Counted from the stretch's first letter, positions 1 through 9,119 are shown. The stretch: 24,000 nt of DNA from Rickettsiales endosymbiont of Ecdyonurus torrentis (GCA_964020105.1 OZ026535.1:461657-485656); one strand, 5' to 3'. Made by a program: numbers and translations. Notes: generated by a model not told the origin, from the sequence alone.

Positions 1-1
1 T

Positions 2-2692
2 TGGAACGTTACTCCTAATGTTATTAATAATGAGCATTATACTATGGAGCTAAGGGCAATCAGGGGTGATGACACCAATGGTACTGTGGGGTTTTTAGCC
101 ATTTCTTTGGGTGGGGTTGGAACAACCATGTTAATAAAGTATTACGGCGGTGAAACAGTAATATTACCGCAGACGGTTTTAAGGTTTAATGGCTTTAGTG
201 AATATTTTGATAATAAAGATCTTACGCTAGAGTTTCCAAATGTTAATGATATTAATCTTTATGCAGCTTATAACAACTATAATGGTAACAGGAATCCAAA
301 TTATTATCTCTTTACAGGGGGCAGTGGGAAAAGCTTCCACTTTGCAGCCAGGCAAGGGGAGCCCAATACACTTGCTAGGGCAACACTAGTTAATTTTACC
401 ACTTTTTTCTTGGATCGCAATGAAACTAGAGTGGACGGCATAGTAACAATAGGATCTGATTTTGCAACTGAGGGTCTTTATAGGACAGCAAAAGGGTATC
501 TGTATTTTGATCAGATAACTGGAGGAACAGCTGCCAGTGGTGGAACAATTGCGGACGTTGCTGTGCCGATTGCTAGCACAGGAGTTGCAGGAACTGTGGA
601 TGTCGTTAGATTTTTTGACAATGGAGTATTTGGGATCACCGCAGGAAGTTATTATTTTTCTTGGGGCAGTTGGTTGCAACAGGCCTCTGATAATAGCAAC
701 AATCCTTTTGTTGCCTATCCTACCACTACAACAAGGGAAAGTAATAATGCCTACAATAGATATCTTAATAACCAAGGTACAGGTGCTGGGATAGTATTTA
801 CAGAGATGAAAGACGCTAATCTTGTGGGAAGAACTGAGGGCTTTGAAGCCTCAGCATTCTACAGAATGCAAGGAGTTAACTTCATTACTGCAACAGGTGG
901 GCATGATACCTTTTCTACGGGTAAATTATTTTGGAATTCAGCTGATGGTAGACCATCGGGTCCCCTCTTGGCAGCAACTGCCCAGGTTGATATTCGGGGC
1001 AGTATGTACGGTCGAACTTATGTTAGGAGTGTAGATGCAATAACTGGATTTGATACTTTTATTGATGATACTTTTACGGCTGATACCAAAGGAATGGGAG
1101 GGGCAGCTCAAAGTGGGGGGATTGGACGTAATGAGTTTTGGAGCAGAGATCGAATAGAGGATTATTTATTTTATACTAGTGAGGGGAATGATGCACGCTG
1201 GTTACCTGCTAATGGTCATATGCAAAGATATTACCGTATAGAAAATAATGGTGATTTTCATATTAAAGTGACGGCAGTTATTAATGATACGTACGGCACT
1301 GTGCAGCGAAACAATACAGATACAGGAGGAGCTGCAGGGCAGTACGTTAGGGAAATATCTAGACCTAACTTTAGGGGTTTTGAAAAAATTCAGATTAATG
1401 ATTATTCAGAATCTCTAAATCCTGAAGATCAGATGAGTGGTAACTACTATAAAGGCACGCAAGATATGGTTAGTGTAACTGCTGGGGTAGGTGTTGGCTA
1501 TAGGGAGGTGGATTTAGGAGGTAGGTATTTTAACGGTAATGCTAGGCAACGCCAATTTGCAGCGCATCAATCTTCTTCCAGTAATATAAGGATTCAGTGG
1601 CTTAACTCGTCTGATCCTAAGGTGGATTCTTCCTTAATTATTCAAGATGGGTTTTCGAATGGGTCATATACTTCTGTATATGCTTATAAGAATTTTGATT
1701 GGATGGATCTTATGAATAGACAGTATAATCAAGAGCTAGTTACCACTTACGTTTTTAACACAGATTTTGATTTTGCTAAAATGAATGGCAAAACTTTTAC
1801 ACTTGATAATAACTTTGGTAATCGAGGTAATGGTGATTCAAATGTATATTTTCAGCAAAGTAAGTATAACTATAGTGTATCACAAAGATCCACTGCTATA
1901 ACAGCAATTTATACTATAAGAGAAGATGGAGATACTGGGAGAAGTTTTACTTTTACCATATTTGGTGATACACCAGGGTTTCGTCCTAATTTTGTGGCTG
2001 ACGCTGCGGATAATTTAGTTAATAGATTTAATATGACGCAGGAAGATATATTCCAGATGCAGCAGGACATTGCAAAAGATAGTAAAGGAAGTAGCGATGT
2101 AGCTAGTGAACAATATGTTGATGGTAGGGGAGGGATAAGTTCTTATGGTGGAAGTAGATCTAGAAGGAGTGTTGTTGAGGAGGTAGATGGTAAAGAAAGT
2201 GAGAGTGTTAGGTTGCCAGCTAAGGCGTATAATTGGGAGGAGGAGAGAGGCTACGAGCCAATTAAAGATAGTGATATTAAAGAGTGGTTAGAGCTAGTGA
2301 ACGATATTAATAAAGAAGGGGAAGAGGTAGGAGCTACTTATAGTTTAGATTATGTAAGTAATAAGGGAGAGGATGATGTTGTAGAGGAGGAAATGGTTGA
2401 TAATAAGATATTGTATGATATGTTAGGTAGGGAGATGGAAGAAAGTAATAAGGAAATAGATTTTACAAGGGTGGAAAACATTATGAAGCAAGGTGAGGGC
2501 AGTGATTACGGTATAGATGTTACTTTTGGTGAGGAGGAGGAGGATATTTTAAGTAATATTAGTAAGGGAGAGGAGATGGATTCTGCGAAATATATGCTTG
2601 ATAATGAGGGAAGTTCGTCAATAGGTGGTAGTGTGGAGCATTTAGATGTTAATAAAAAGAAGGGAATAAATGGCGGAGGTGAATTTATTTAG
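2..2692 (+). CDS. Large hypothetical protein, probably 5'-partial (continues upstream of the window); Gly/Thr/Asn/Tyr-rich body, strongly acidic Glu/Asp-rich C-terminal ~190 aa; no family recognised
   Basis: Only long ORF in this region, 882 codons from the first in-window ATG at 44. The frame stays open back to nt 2 (WNVTPNVINNEHYT). There is no Shine-Dalgarno before ATG44 and no signal peptide after it, so the true start is likely upstream. The C-terminus (from about ...SRSRRSVVEEVDG) is low-complexity and acidic. ORFs at 386-775(-), 537-794(+) and 822-1034(+) lie inside it and look like shadow frames. Confidence 0.75.
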   Translation, partial: WNVTPNVINNEHYTMELRAIRGDDTNGTVGFLAISLGGVGTTMLIKYYGGETVILPQTVLRFNGFSEYFDNKDLTLEFPNVNDINLYAAYNNYNGNRNPNYYLFTGGSGKSFHFAARQGEPNTLARATLVNFTTFFLDRNETRVDGIVTIGSDFATEGLYRTAKGYLYFDQITGGTAASGGTIADVAVPIASTGVAGTVDVVRFFDNGVFGITAGSYYFSWGSWLQQASDNSNNPFVAYPTTTTRESNNAYNRYLNNQGTGAGIVFTEMKDANLVGRTEGFEASAFYRMQGVNFITATGGHDTFSTGKLFWNSADGRPSGPLLAATAQVDIRGSMYGRTYVRSVDAITGFDTFIDDTFTADTKGMGGAAQSGGIGRNEFWSRDRIEDYLFYTSEGNDARWLPANGHMQRYYRIENNGDFHIKVTAVINDTYGTVQRNNTDTGGAAGQYVREISRPNFRGFEKIQINDYSESLNPEDQMSGNYYKGTQDMVSVTAGVGVGYREVDLGGRYFNGNARQRQFAAHQSSSSNIRIQWLNSSDPKVDSSLIIQDGFSNGSYTSVYAYKNFDWMDLMNRQYNQELVTTYVFNTDFDFAKMNGKTFTLDNNFGNRGNGDSNVYFQQSKYNYSVSQRSTAITAIYTIREDGDTGRSFTFTIFGDTPGFRPNFVADAADNLVNRFNMTQEDIFQMQQDIAKDSKGSSDVASEQYVDGRGGISSYGGSRSRRSVVEEVDGKESESVRLPAKAYNWEEERGYEPIKDSDIKEWLELVNDINKEGEEVGATYSLDYVSNKGEDDVVEEEMVDNKILYDMLGREMEESNKEIDFTRVENIMKQGEGSDYGIDVTFGEEEEDILSNISKGEEMDSAKYMLDNEGSSSIGGSVEHLDVNKKKGINGGGEFI

Positions 2693-2796
2693 CCTCCTCT
2701 GCAAGAGATTGAATACAGTTGGAATGGCAGAAATAGTATAATAGTATTTTAATGCTGCTATTTTAAAGTTACATTTTTTATAAAAACCATTGAAAC

Positions 2797-2839
2797 ATAA
2801 GTAAATAGACACTTTCAAGCGGAGTGTCTATTTACTTAT
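2797..2839 (+). terminator. Perfect 17-bp inverted repeat hairpin (9-nt loop) about 105 nt downstream of the large ORF; candidate terminator or structured element
   Basis: ATAAGTAAATAGACACT (2797-2813), loop TTCAAGCGG, AGTGTCTATTTACTTAT (2823-2839) is an exact reverse complement. No clean U-tract follows on either strand and only 4 of 17 pairs are G:C, so the terminator function is uncertain. Confidence 0.35.
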
Positions 2840-3706
2840 CTAAAAATAAAAGTACAATCTCTTAATTTTTTTATAAAAAAAACTATTTAATGATAGAAAA
2901 TTACTACTAACATTGTTGAGAAAAAATCCCAATTAAATGCTTTAAAGAGAGAAAAAGAGTTAATTTTCATAAAAAAGATAAAAATTTGATATTAATAAAT
3001 TTAAGTCGAAGATAATAGAAAATCGTCATATGTAAGAAGACTGTAATGATGAGAAATGAAAATAACAAGAAATAATAAGAAGAACAATTACTATATATCC
3101 CAGGATAATTCTGTTTAATATAACAATAACAGTACAAAATAAAGAAATTAGAAAAAAGACGAGGATAAATATAATGAGCATTTTGCTAAGAAAAAAGAGA
3201 GTTAAAAAGAGTAAAGCTTCATAATTAAGACTAACATACAAGAGGATAAAATGCAGATAAAAAAGTGCTAAATAATTATGATTATTTAGCATTAGATGTA
3301 TTAGTCACGTCTTAGTTTTAATAAAAAATTGATTAACTAAAATAATTATTATCTAGCAATTTTATCCCATTTAAAGATTCTTAAATTCCTGGTAAATTTT
3401 TCTCACTATATCATATATGTCAAAGATGAAATTTATTTAAAGACTAAAGACTTAACAATTATAATTATATTAACTTTAATTTTAGTGCCATTGAAGATCG
3501 TACTGTTTAACACTAAGTTCTGCTTACTACAAAAAAAATCCTTTTAAATGGTTAAGTTGCTTTTCAAGGTATCCCTGATTTAGTACATGTATCATAATAA
3601 TCAGATTCTCATCAAATTATTAAAATTAGTTTAAAAATATATAAGAATCTATTTTTTATCAATTTATGTCATATTGTGTTATATTAAGTGAAATAATTCA
3701 AAAATG

Positions 3707-3735
3707 TTGACAGATATGAATATATAATTTACTAT
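3707..3735 (+). promoter_or_regulatory. Candidate sigma70-type promoter for the yhf/php-like operon
   Basis: Consensus -35 TTGACA (3707-3712), 17-nt spacer, -10-like TACTAT (3730-3735), about 90 nt upstream of the ATG at 3825. -10-like hexamers are frequent in DNA this AT-rich, so this is tentative. Confidence 0.3.
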
Positions 3736-3824
3736 ATAAATATCGTTATTGCTAATTAAAATAACATTTAGCAACACTGATCAATAATTTTATTGGGTTG
3801 AATATTGACTACTAAGATAAGTAA

Positions 3825-4193
3825 ATGAAAAAATATAAAGAAAATTTACAAAAAAGGTTAGATGTTTTAGAGTCCTCTGGCGTTATATCTAAACGTTCTA
3901 GTGATGTTGTTATGCACTCATTAGGTCAGCTAATCTCATATGCAAAATTCCCTAATAATCAGGAAGCATTTGATATTTTTTTTACTCATTTAGCTCTATC
4001 TACAGAAAGAGCATTATTAAATAAACAATTAGAAGACTATGATAAGTTAATAGAAGGTGAATTAAGAATGCAGAACGATTATTCAAAGATAAAAAAAATG
4101 GTTGCTTTGATTGAAAATGATGCAAACTTAAAATTCACAGATGCGGAAAAAATTTTTATAATGTTACATTTATGTAGTATAGTATCAAATTAA
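3825..4193 (+). CDS. yhfY: Stand-alone PRD-domain protein (YhfY-like), 122 aa
   Basis: ATG-initiated ORF and first gene of the cluster. Helical sequence with a PRD-like conserved His/Arg segment (FFTHLALSTERAL). The size and its position next to DUF2620/YhfT/Php match E. coli YhfY. No RNA- or DNA-binding domain is attached. Confidence 0.7.
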   Translation: MKKYKENLQKRLDVLESSGVISKRSSDVVMHSLGQLISYAKFPNNQEAFDIFFTHLALSTERALLNKQLEDYDKLIEGELRMQNDYSKIKKMVALIENDANLKFTDAEKIFIMLHLCSIVSN

Positions 4194-4208
4194 GTAAGGG
4201 ATTTGGGT

Positions 4209-4571
4209 ATGAAAAAAATAGTCGTAGCTGGGCAACTAGATAAAGAAAAAATAGCTGATTTAATTAGAAAATTAGGAGGAGACAAAGTTCATATAGAAGT
4301 AAAAGGAGATATGGAGGCTGCTTTTGATATGAAAAATAAACTATTTGATTATTATATAGGAGCTTGCAATACAGGAGGTGGAGGTGCAATTGCTATGCCG
4401 ATTGCCATTTTAGGATCTTCACTCTGTGTTACTTTATCCATGCCTGGTAGGTTGTGTAGTAAGGAAGAAATAGAAAACTTTGTTGCCAAAGGTAAGGTGG
4501 TTTATGGCTTTACTGCCCAGCATGCCGAGCAAGTATTGCCTATGCTGATGCCTTTGTTATTGAAAGATTAA
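4209..4571 (+). CDS. yhfU: DUF2620-family protein (YhfU-like), 120 aa
   Basis: The ORF track starts at TTG 4203. ATG 4209 is preferred because AAGGGA (4196-4201) sits 7 nt upstream. Contains a Cys/Gly-rich loop, YYIGACNTGGGGAIAMP. The size and position directly upstream of the YhfT-like permease match E. coli yhfU. Confidence 0.72.
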   Translation: MKKIVVAGQLDKEKIADLIRKLGGDKVHIEVKGDMEAAFDMKNKLFDYYIGACNTGGGGAIAMPIAILGSSLCVTLSMPGRLCSKEEIENFVAKGKVVYGFTAQHAEQVLPMLMPLLLKD

Positions 4572-4599
4572 TAAGTGTGCTACCAGAGGAGCTTTATTT

Positions 4600-5919
4600 A
4601 TGCCAATATTAGCAGATGGACAAATATTTAGATTTTTAATTATTGGACTTTTAGGTGCTTTAGCCTCTTTGCTTAGTAAGCGCGGAGTTGCCGTCTTTCA
4701 TGATGGATTGCGTCCTGTAATGCCAGAGTATATCGAGGGGAAAATAGATAAAAAATCTTTAATGGCAACCTCTTTTGCTTTATCTTTTGGCTTAGTTATT
4801 GGCTTTGGTATACCAGCTTCAATTGCAGCATCTACTGTTGTTTCCATATTGCTTATTCATTCTGTTCTCCTGGGAACTGACATCATAGGAACTTGGAGCC
4901 CTAGTACTTCTTTAGGTGATTTTATTGCAGCCTTAGTAGGATTCATATATGCAGTTCTATTATTACTTGGTCTTGGCTTTATTGTTGAGTTGTTTGCCAA
5001 AATGCCTGTTAACTTTTTACCTCATCTAGGAGAAATAGGTACACCGATAATTACAGCTTTTGCCGTATTCCCTGCACTGGTTATTGCTTATCAGTACGGC
5101 TTTAAAAAGGGAATTTTAGTGCTTGCTATTGCTCTTTTAGCAAAGCAGTTGATTATTAAGTTAGACTTTATTTCTATATTTGATATGAAAATTAAACTTA
5201 ATGCCGACGGTATAGCTTTGCTCGTATCAATGTTAATAATGTTATTTTTGGCAGCAACAGATAAAACAAAAGTAGTGAATAACAATTCTGGAGTAGCACT
5301 AATTAGTTTGTTCTCTGATCGTGTAAAAAGAATTAAAAAAAATTTATTGATCCTAGCTATAACCGGTGGGGTTATAGCTACCGCTACCTCCATGGGTATG
5401 CTCGCTGGTGATTTAATATCATTAAATCTCCTCAAAGACGGTATTAGAACAGAAGCAGCTTTAACTGCTTTTGCTATTGCCCTTGGATTTATACCTCTTG
5501 TTGGCACAACTGCCATTACAACAGGAGTATATAGTCCCGCTGGTATGAAATTTGTTTTTGTTATTGGTATCTTAGTTGCTAATCCATTATTGGCTTTTTT
5601 ATTTGGAGCTCTTGTTATTGTTCTTGAAGTGCTTTTCTTAGAGCGAATTGCTATCTTGGTAGAAAAATCGCCTGGTATCAAAGAATGTAGTAATCATATT
5701 AGAACCGCAACCACTAAAGTGTTAGAATTGGCTTTGCTAGTAGGTGGGATGATAGCTGCTGAAAAAATTGCACCAAAAATTGGTTTCTTTTTTGTAATTG
5801 GTCTATATTTAATTAATAAAACCTCCAGAAAACCCTTTGTGGAAATGGCTTTAGGACCCATTGCTGCAATTCTTTTAGGAATTATTATGAATATTTTATA
5901 TGTCTTAGGAATTATATAG
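4600..5919 (+). CDS. yhfT: Polytopic inner-membrane protein, YhfT-like putative transporter, 439 aa
   Basis: GAGGAG SD (4586-4591) lies 8 nt before the ATG. The product is highly hydrophobic with about 10-12 predicted TM segments. The length (439 aa vs about 434 in E. coli YhfT) and the neighbourhood match. The 5091-5681(-) ORF inside it is a shadow frame. Confidence 0.8.
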   Translation: MPILADGQIFRFLIIGLLGALASLLSKRGVAVFHDGLRPVMPEYIEGKIDKKSLMATSFALSFGLVIGFGIPASIAASTVVSILLIHSVLLGTDIIGTWSPSTSLGDFIAALVGFIYAVLLLLGLGFIVELFAKMPVNFLPHLGEIGTPIITAFAVFPALVIAYQYGFKKGILVLAIALLAKQLIIKLDFISIFDMKIKLNADGIALLVSMLIMLFLAATDKTKVVNNNSGVALISLFSDRVKRIKKNLLILAITGGVIATATSMGMLAGDLISLNLLKDGIRTEAALTAFAIALGFIPLVGTTAITTGVYSPAGMKFVFVIGILVANPLLAFLFGALVIVLEVLFLERIAILVEKSPGIKECSNHIRTATTKVLELALLVGGMIAAEKIAPKIGFFFVIGLYLINKTSRKPFVEMALGPIAAILLGIIMNILYVLGII

Positions 5920-5929
5920 TAGGATAGAG

Positions 5930-6832
5930 ATGAAATTTAAAAATGCTATCTATGCCCATGAACACATTGCTCTAGATCTTTCTACACCTGAGCGCCCTGA
6001 ACGTGTTTTAAATAAATTAGAATCCACCAGGGATGAATTCATACTATTAAAACAACTTGGGGTCTCTAGAATTGTTGATTTAACTGCTAAGGGCATGGGA
6101 CGAAATATAGCTTCAATCGTTAATTTAAGAGAGCTTACACAGCTTGATATTACAGTGGCAACTGGATATTATAAGAAACCTTATTTGCCTCAGGAGGTTT
6201 ATGATAATGACGTCAATGCATTGGCCAAATTAATGTTGAATGAAATATATGAAGGAATTGAATATCATCCAGATAAGAAAAAAGTTAAAGCAACTGTGAT
6301 AGGCGAAATTGGTACCTCTTTGAATGAAATTACACAGGAAGAGTATAAAATTTTCTCCGCAAGTGCAATAGTTCAAAAAAATTCCTTGTTGCCTTTAGTA
6401 ACTCATACAACTTTAGCAACTATGGCACTTGAGCAGATAGATCTTCTTAGAAGCTTTGAGGTTGATTTAACTAAGGTTGTAATTAGTCATATGGATCTAA
6501 GTAATTCTCTAGAATACATAATAAAAGTATTAGATAGTGGAGTTAATATAGGTTTTGATACTATAGGTAAGCTAAATTATAAATCGGATGACACTAGGGC
6601 TAAGTACTTACTTGAGCTTTGTCAAAGGGGATATGTAAGCCAGATTGTTATGTCAGTTGATATAACTGCTAATGCTCAACTTAAAGATATGCATGGTATT
6701 GGATATGCATATTTAATAGAGCAGTTTATTCCAAAACTTTCAGCTAGTGGTGTAAAAGAGATGGATATTAGAACAATCACGGAAGACAATCCCAATAGGA
6801 TCTTTGCTAGGAGTTTTAAAGATGATAAGTAG
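5930..6832 (+). CDS. php: Phosphotriesterase-homology protein (Php; amidohydrolase-superfamily binuclear metal hydrolase), 300 aa
   Basis: Aligns by eye along its whole length with E. coli Php: AHEHIALDL, ATGYY, VIGEIGTS, VTHTT, LEQIDLL, ISHMDL, FDTIGK, MSVDIT, FIPKLSASG. All six expected metal ligands are present (H10, H12, E126, H159, H187, D244 in this ORF). Confidence 0.9.
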   Translation: MKFKNAIYAHEHIALDLSTPERPERVLNKLESTRDEFILLKQLGVSRIVDLTAKGMGRNIASIVNLRELTQLDITVATGYYKKPYLPQEVYDNDVNALAKLMLNEIYEGIEYHPDKKKVKATVIGEIGTSLNEITQEEYKIFSASAIVQKNSLLPLVTHTTLATMALEQIDLLRSFEVDLTKVVISHMDLSNSLEYIIKVLDSGVNIGFDTIGKLNYKSDDTRAKYLLELCQRGYVSQIVMSVDITANAQLKDMHGIGYAYLIEQFIPKLSASGVKEMDIRTITEDNPNRIFARSFKDDK

Positions 6833-7931
6833 TATTATGCAAAGCTATCCTTTGCCTTATTTAAGCTTAGAGGAAGCAATTGAAAAACAGTTTAAATTGG
6901 TAGAGGTTATAACTAGTCATTTTAGGGATAATGAATTTCTAAGTTATGGTGATGTTGGTCTAAATCAGTTAAGTAATGCGCCTTTATATACAAGAAAAGT
7001 AGAAGCAGTATTGGCAGAATATTTTTCTGCTGAAAGCTGTGTGCTGGTTAGGGGGGCTGGGAGTGGTGCACTTAGATATGCTCTTATTAGTGTGTTGCAG
7101 CCTAAGGAAAATATATTGTTGCATAATGCAGAAATATATCCTACAACAGCTATATCTATAAATTCCATGGGGCTTGAGAAAATATTTGCAGATTTTAATT
7201 CAGCAAAAGATATGGAAAACATTTTAGCAGCAGGTAATATCAAAACCATGCTATTGCAGATTAGTCGACAAAAATTAAGTGATAGTTATGACGCTACTAA
7301 GGTTATAGATATCGCTAAGACACATGGGATTAATAACATTATCACAGATGACAATTATACAGTAATGAAGGTTAAAAAGATAGGTGTAGAGATAGGAGCA
7401 GATTTATCAACATTTTCACTGTTTAAGCTTTTAGGATCCCAAGGAATCGGATGTATTCTTGGCAAAAAATATCTGATAGATGAAATTAAAAATATGAATT
7501 ATTCTGGAGGATCTGCAGTACAAGGGTTTGAGGCAATGGAATGTTTAAGGGGATTAGTTTATACTCCAGTTACTTTTGCCCTGCAGGCAAAAGTACTAGA
7601 TGCTGTTTTAAATAGACTTAATAATAATGAAATACAAGATGTAGAAAGCGCAGTAATTGCTAACACACAATCAAGGGTTATTATTGTTAAATTGAAAAAA
7701 GCAATTGCAAAACAAGTTATAAATAATGCTGTAAAATTCGGTGCGGTTAATTATCCTGTAGGGGCGGAATCTAAATTTGAAATTACTCCTATGTTTTATC
7801 GTTGTTCTTCAACTTTACTAAAAGAAAATCCTCAATATGCAGACTATTTAGTTAGGATTAATCCTATGCGAGCAGGAGTAGACACTACAATAAATATTCT
7901 AAAACGTAGTATAGCAATTAGTACTAAATAG
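6822..7931 (+). CDS. yhfS: Fold-type-I PLP-dependent enzyme, YhfS-like, 369 aa
   Basis: The ORF track starts at TTG 6804. ATG 6822 is preferred because TAGGAG (6808-6813) sits 8 nt upstream. It overlaps the php stop by 11 nt. Contains a PLP-lysine-type segment, STFSLFKLLGSQGIGCILGKK. The length (369 vs about 361 aa) and context match E. coli YhfS. Confidence 0.78.
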   Translation: MISSIMQSYPLPYLSLEEAIEKQFKLVEVITSHFRDNEFLSYGDVGLNQLSNAPLYTRKVEAVLAEYFSAESCVLVRGAGSGALRYALISVLQPKENILLHNAEIYPTTAISINSMGLEKIFADFNSAKDMENILAAGNIKTMLLQISRQKLSDSYDATKVIDIAKTHGINNIITDDNYTVMKVKKIGVEIGADLSTFSLFKLLGSQGIGCILGKKYLIDEIKNMNYSGGSAVQGFEAMECLRGLVYTPVTFALQAKVLDAVLNRLNNNEIQDVESAVIANTQSRVIIVKLKKAIAKQVINNAVKFGAVNYPVGAESKFEITPMFYRCSSTLLKENPQYADYLVRINPMRAGVDTTINILKRSIAISTK

Positions 7932-7938
7932 GAATTAT

Positions 7939-9108
7939 ATGTTTTTAAATGCTTTGGTTAAGAAAAATCCTAAATTTATATCCACAGTAAGTAATTTGTA
8001 TCAACAAAATAAACTAGAGCCTGATACATATGTTATAGATCTCGATACTCTTCTTTATAATGCAGAGTTAATTCTTAAAGAAGCTAGAGATCAAGCAATG
8101 GATATTTTATTTATAACCAAACAATTAGGATTCAATCCGTTAATTGCACAAGAGCTAGTTAGATTAGGATATGAAGGAGCTGTTTGTGTGGATTTTAAAG
8201 AAGCTGAAGCTATGATTAAAAATAAAATCCCAATTATTCATAGTGGTCATTTAGTGCAAATACCAAAATGTAAAATAGATAAGTTAGTATTACATAGTAA
8301 ATACATAACAGTATTTTCTTTACATAAAATAAAAGAAATTAACGAAGTTGCGTCCAGGCAGAATAAGATTCAAAACATTTTTCTTAGGATTTGTGGAGAA
8401 AATGATACCTTTTATCCAGGCCAAATTGGTGGGTTTAAATTAGAAGAACTAGCAGTACTAATTTCTCAAGTAAGGAATCTACAAAATATTAAGATAGCTG
8501 GGATCACTTCATTTCCTTGTTTTTTATATAATAGCGCTAGCAAAGCCATAGAAGCTACTAATAATGTTAAAACATTGTTAGTAGCTAAAAAACTTTTAAG
8601 TGATCTTGGTATTATTATTGAAACTTTAAATATGCCATCAAGTATTTGTAAAAATAGCATAAAGATAGCAAAAAAGAGTGGAGCCACTCAAGTTGAGGTG
8701 GGGCATGGTGTTAGTGGTACTACTCCATTACACGCGGAAGACTTTAGTCAGCCTGAAATACCTGCTATTTTGTATCTAAGTGAGCTATCCCACCAATATG
8801 GTGGAGTGAGCTACTTTTATGGAGGAGGATATTATAGGAGAGGGTATCTTAAAAATGCTATTTTGAGTAGTGATATTAGCAAGGGGATATTTAATGATTT
8901 TAAGGAAGTAGAGCAACTTGATAGTACTGTTATTGACTATTATTTTGGCTTAAAGTCATTAGAAAATTTATCACAAGGGGTGATAACAAGTTTTCGCACA
9001 CAAATGTTTATAACTAGAAGCAAAATAGCAATTATAAGTGGAGCTAATGATAATGATCCTAAAATACAGGGGATATATGATATTTTTGGTAAAAAAATAG
9101 ATAGTTAG
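7939..9108 (+). CDS. yhfX: Alanine-racemase-N-domain-like (fold-type III) PLP enzyme, YhfX-like, 389 aa
   Basis: ATG 7939 is preceded by TAGGA. The N-terminal pattern YVIDLDTLLYNAELI...FITKQLGFNP resembles the alanine racemase / YhfX barrel with a candidate PLP lysine. The length (389 vs about 387 aa) and context match E. coli YhfX. Confidence 0.78.
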   Translation: MFLNALVKKNPKFISTVSNLYQQNKLEPDTYVIDLDTLLYNAELILKEARDQAMDILFITKQLGFNPLIAQELVRLGYEGAVCVDFKEAEAMIKNKIPIIHSGHLVQIPKCKIDKLVLHSKYITVFSLHKIKEINEVASRQNKIQNIFLRICGENDTFYPGQIGGFKLEELAVLISQVRNLQNIKIAGITSFPCFLYNSASKAIEATNNVKTLLVAKKLLSDLGIIIETLNMPSSICKNSIKIAKKSGATQVEVGHGVSGTTPLHAEDFSQPEIPAILYLSELSHQYGGVSYFYGGGYYRRGYLKNAILSSDISKGIFNDFKEVEQLDSTVIDYYFGLKSLENLSQGVITSFRTQMFITRSKIAIISGANDNDPKIQGIYDIFGKKIDS

Positions 9109-9119
9109 GAGAGATTATT

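Noticed and set aside
386-1034. ORFs at 386-775(-), 537-794(+) and 822-1034(+) overlapping the large ORF
   Set aside because: They lie entirely inside a much longer ORF in a locally GC-richer stretch where stop codons are rarer. They have no SD or recognisable motifs, and their composition is what shadow frames would give.
3026-3292. 88-aa hydrophobic ORF on the minus strand in the long AT-rich gap
   Set aside because: The plus strand is strongly purine-rich here, so the complement automatically reads as Phe/Leu/Ile-rich, membrane-like peptide. There is no SD upstream of its ATG and no neighbouring gene on that strand. A genuine small membrane protein cannot be excluded, but I cannot support one.
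3707-3728. TTGACA paired with the perfect TATAAT at 3723-3728 as the promoter
   Set aside because: The spacer would be only 10 nt, far from the 16-18 nt optimum. I preferred the TACTAT at 3730-3735, which has a 17-nt spacer.
5091-5681. 196-aa ORF antisense to the YhfT-like permease gene
   Set aside because: It is an antisense shadow of a well-supported membrane-protein gene. It has no start context and no motifs.
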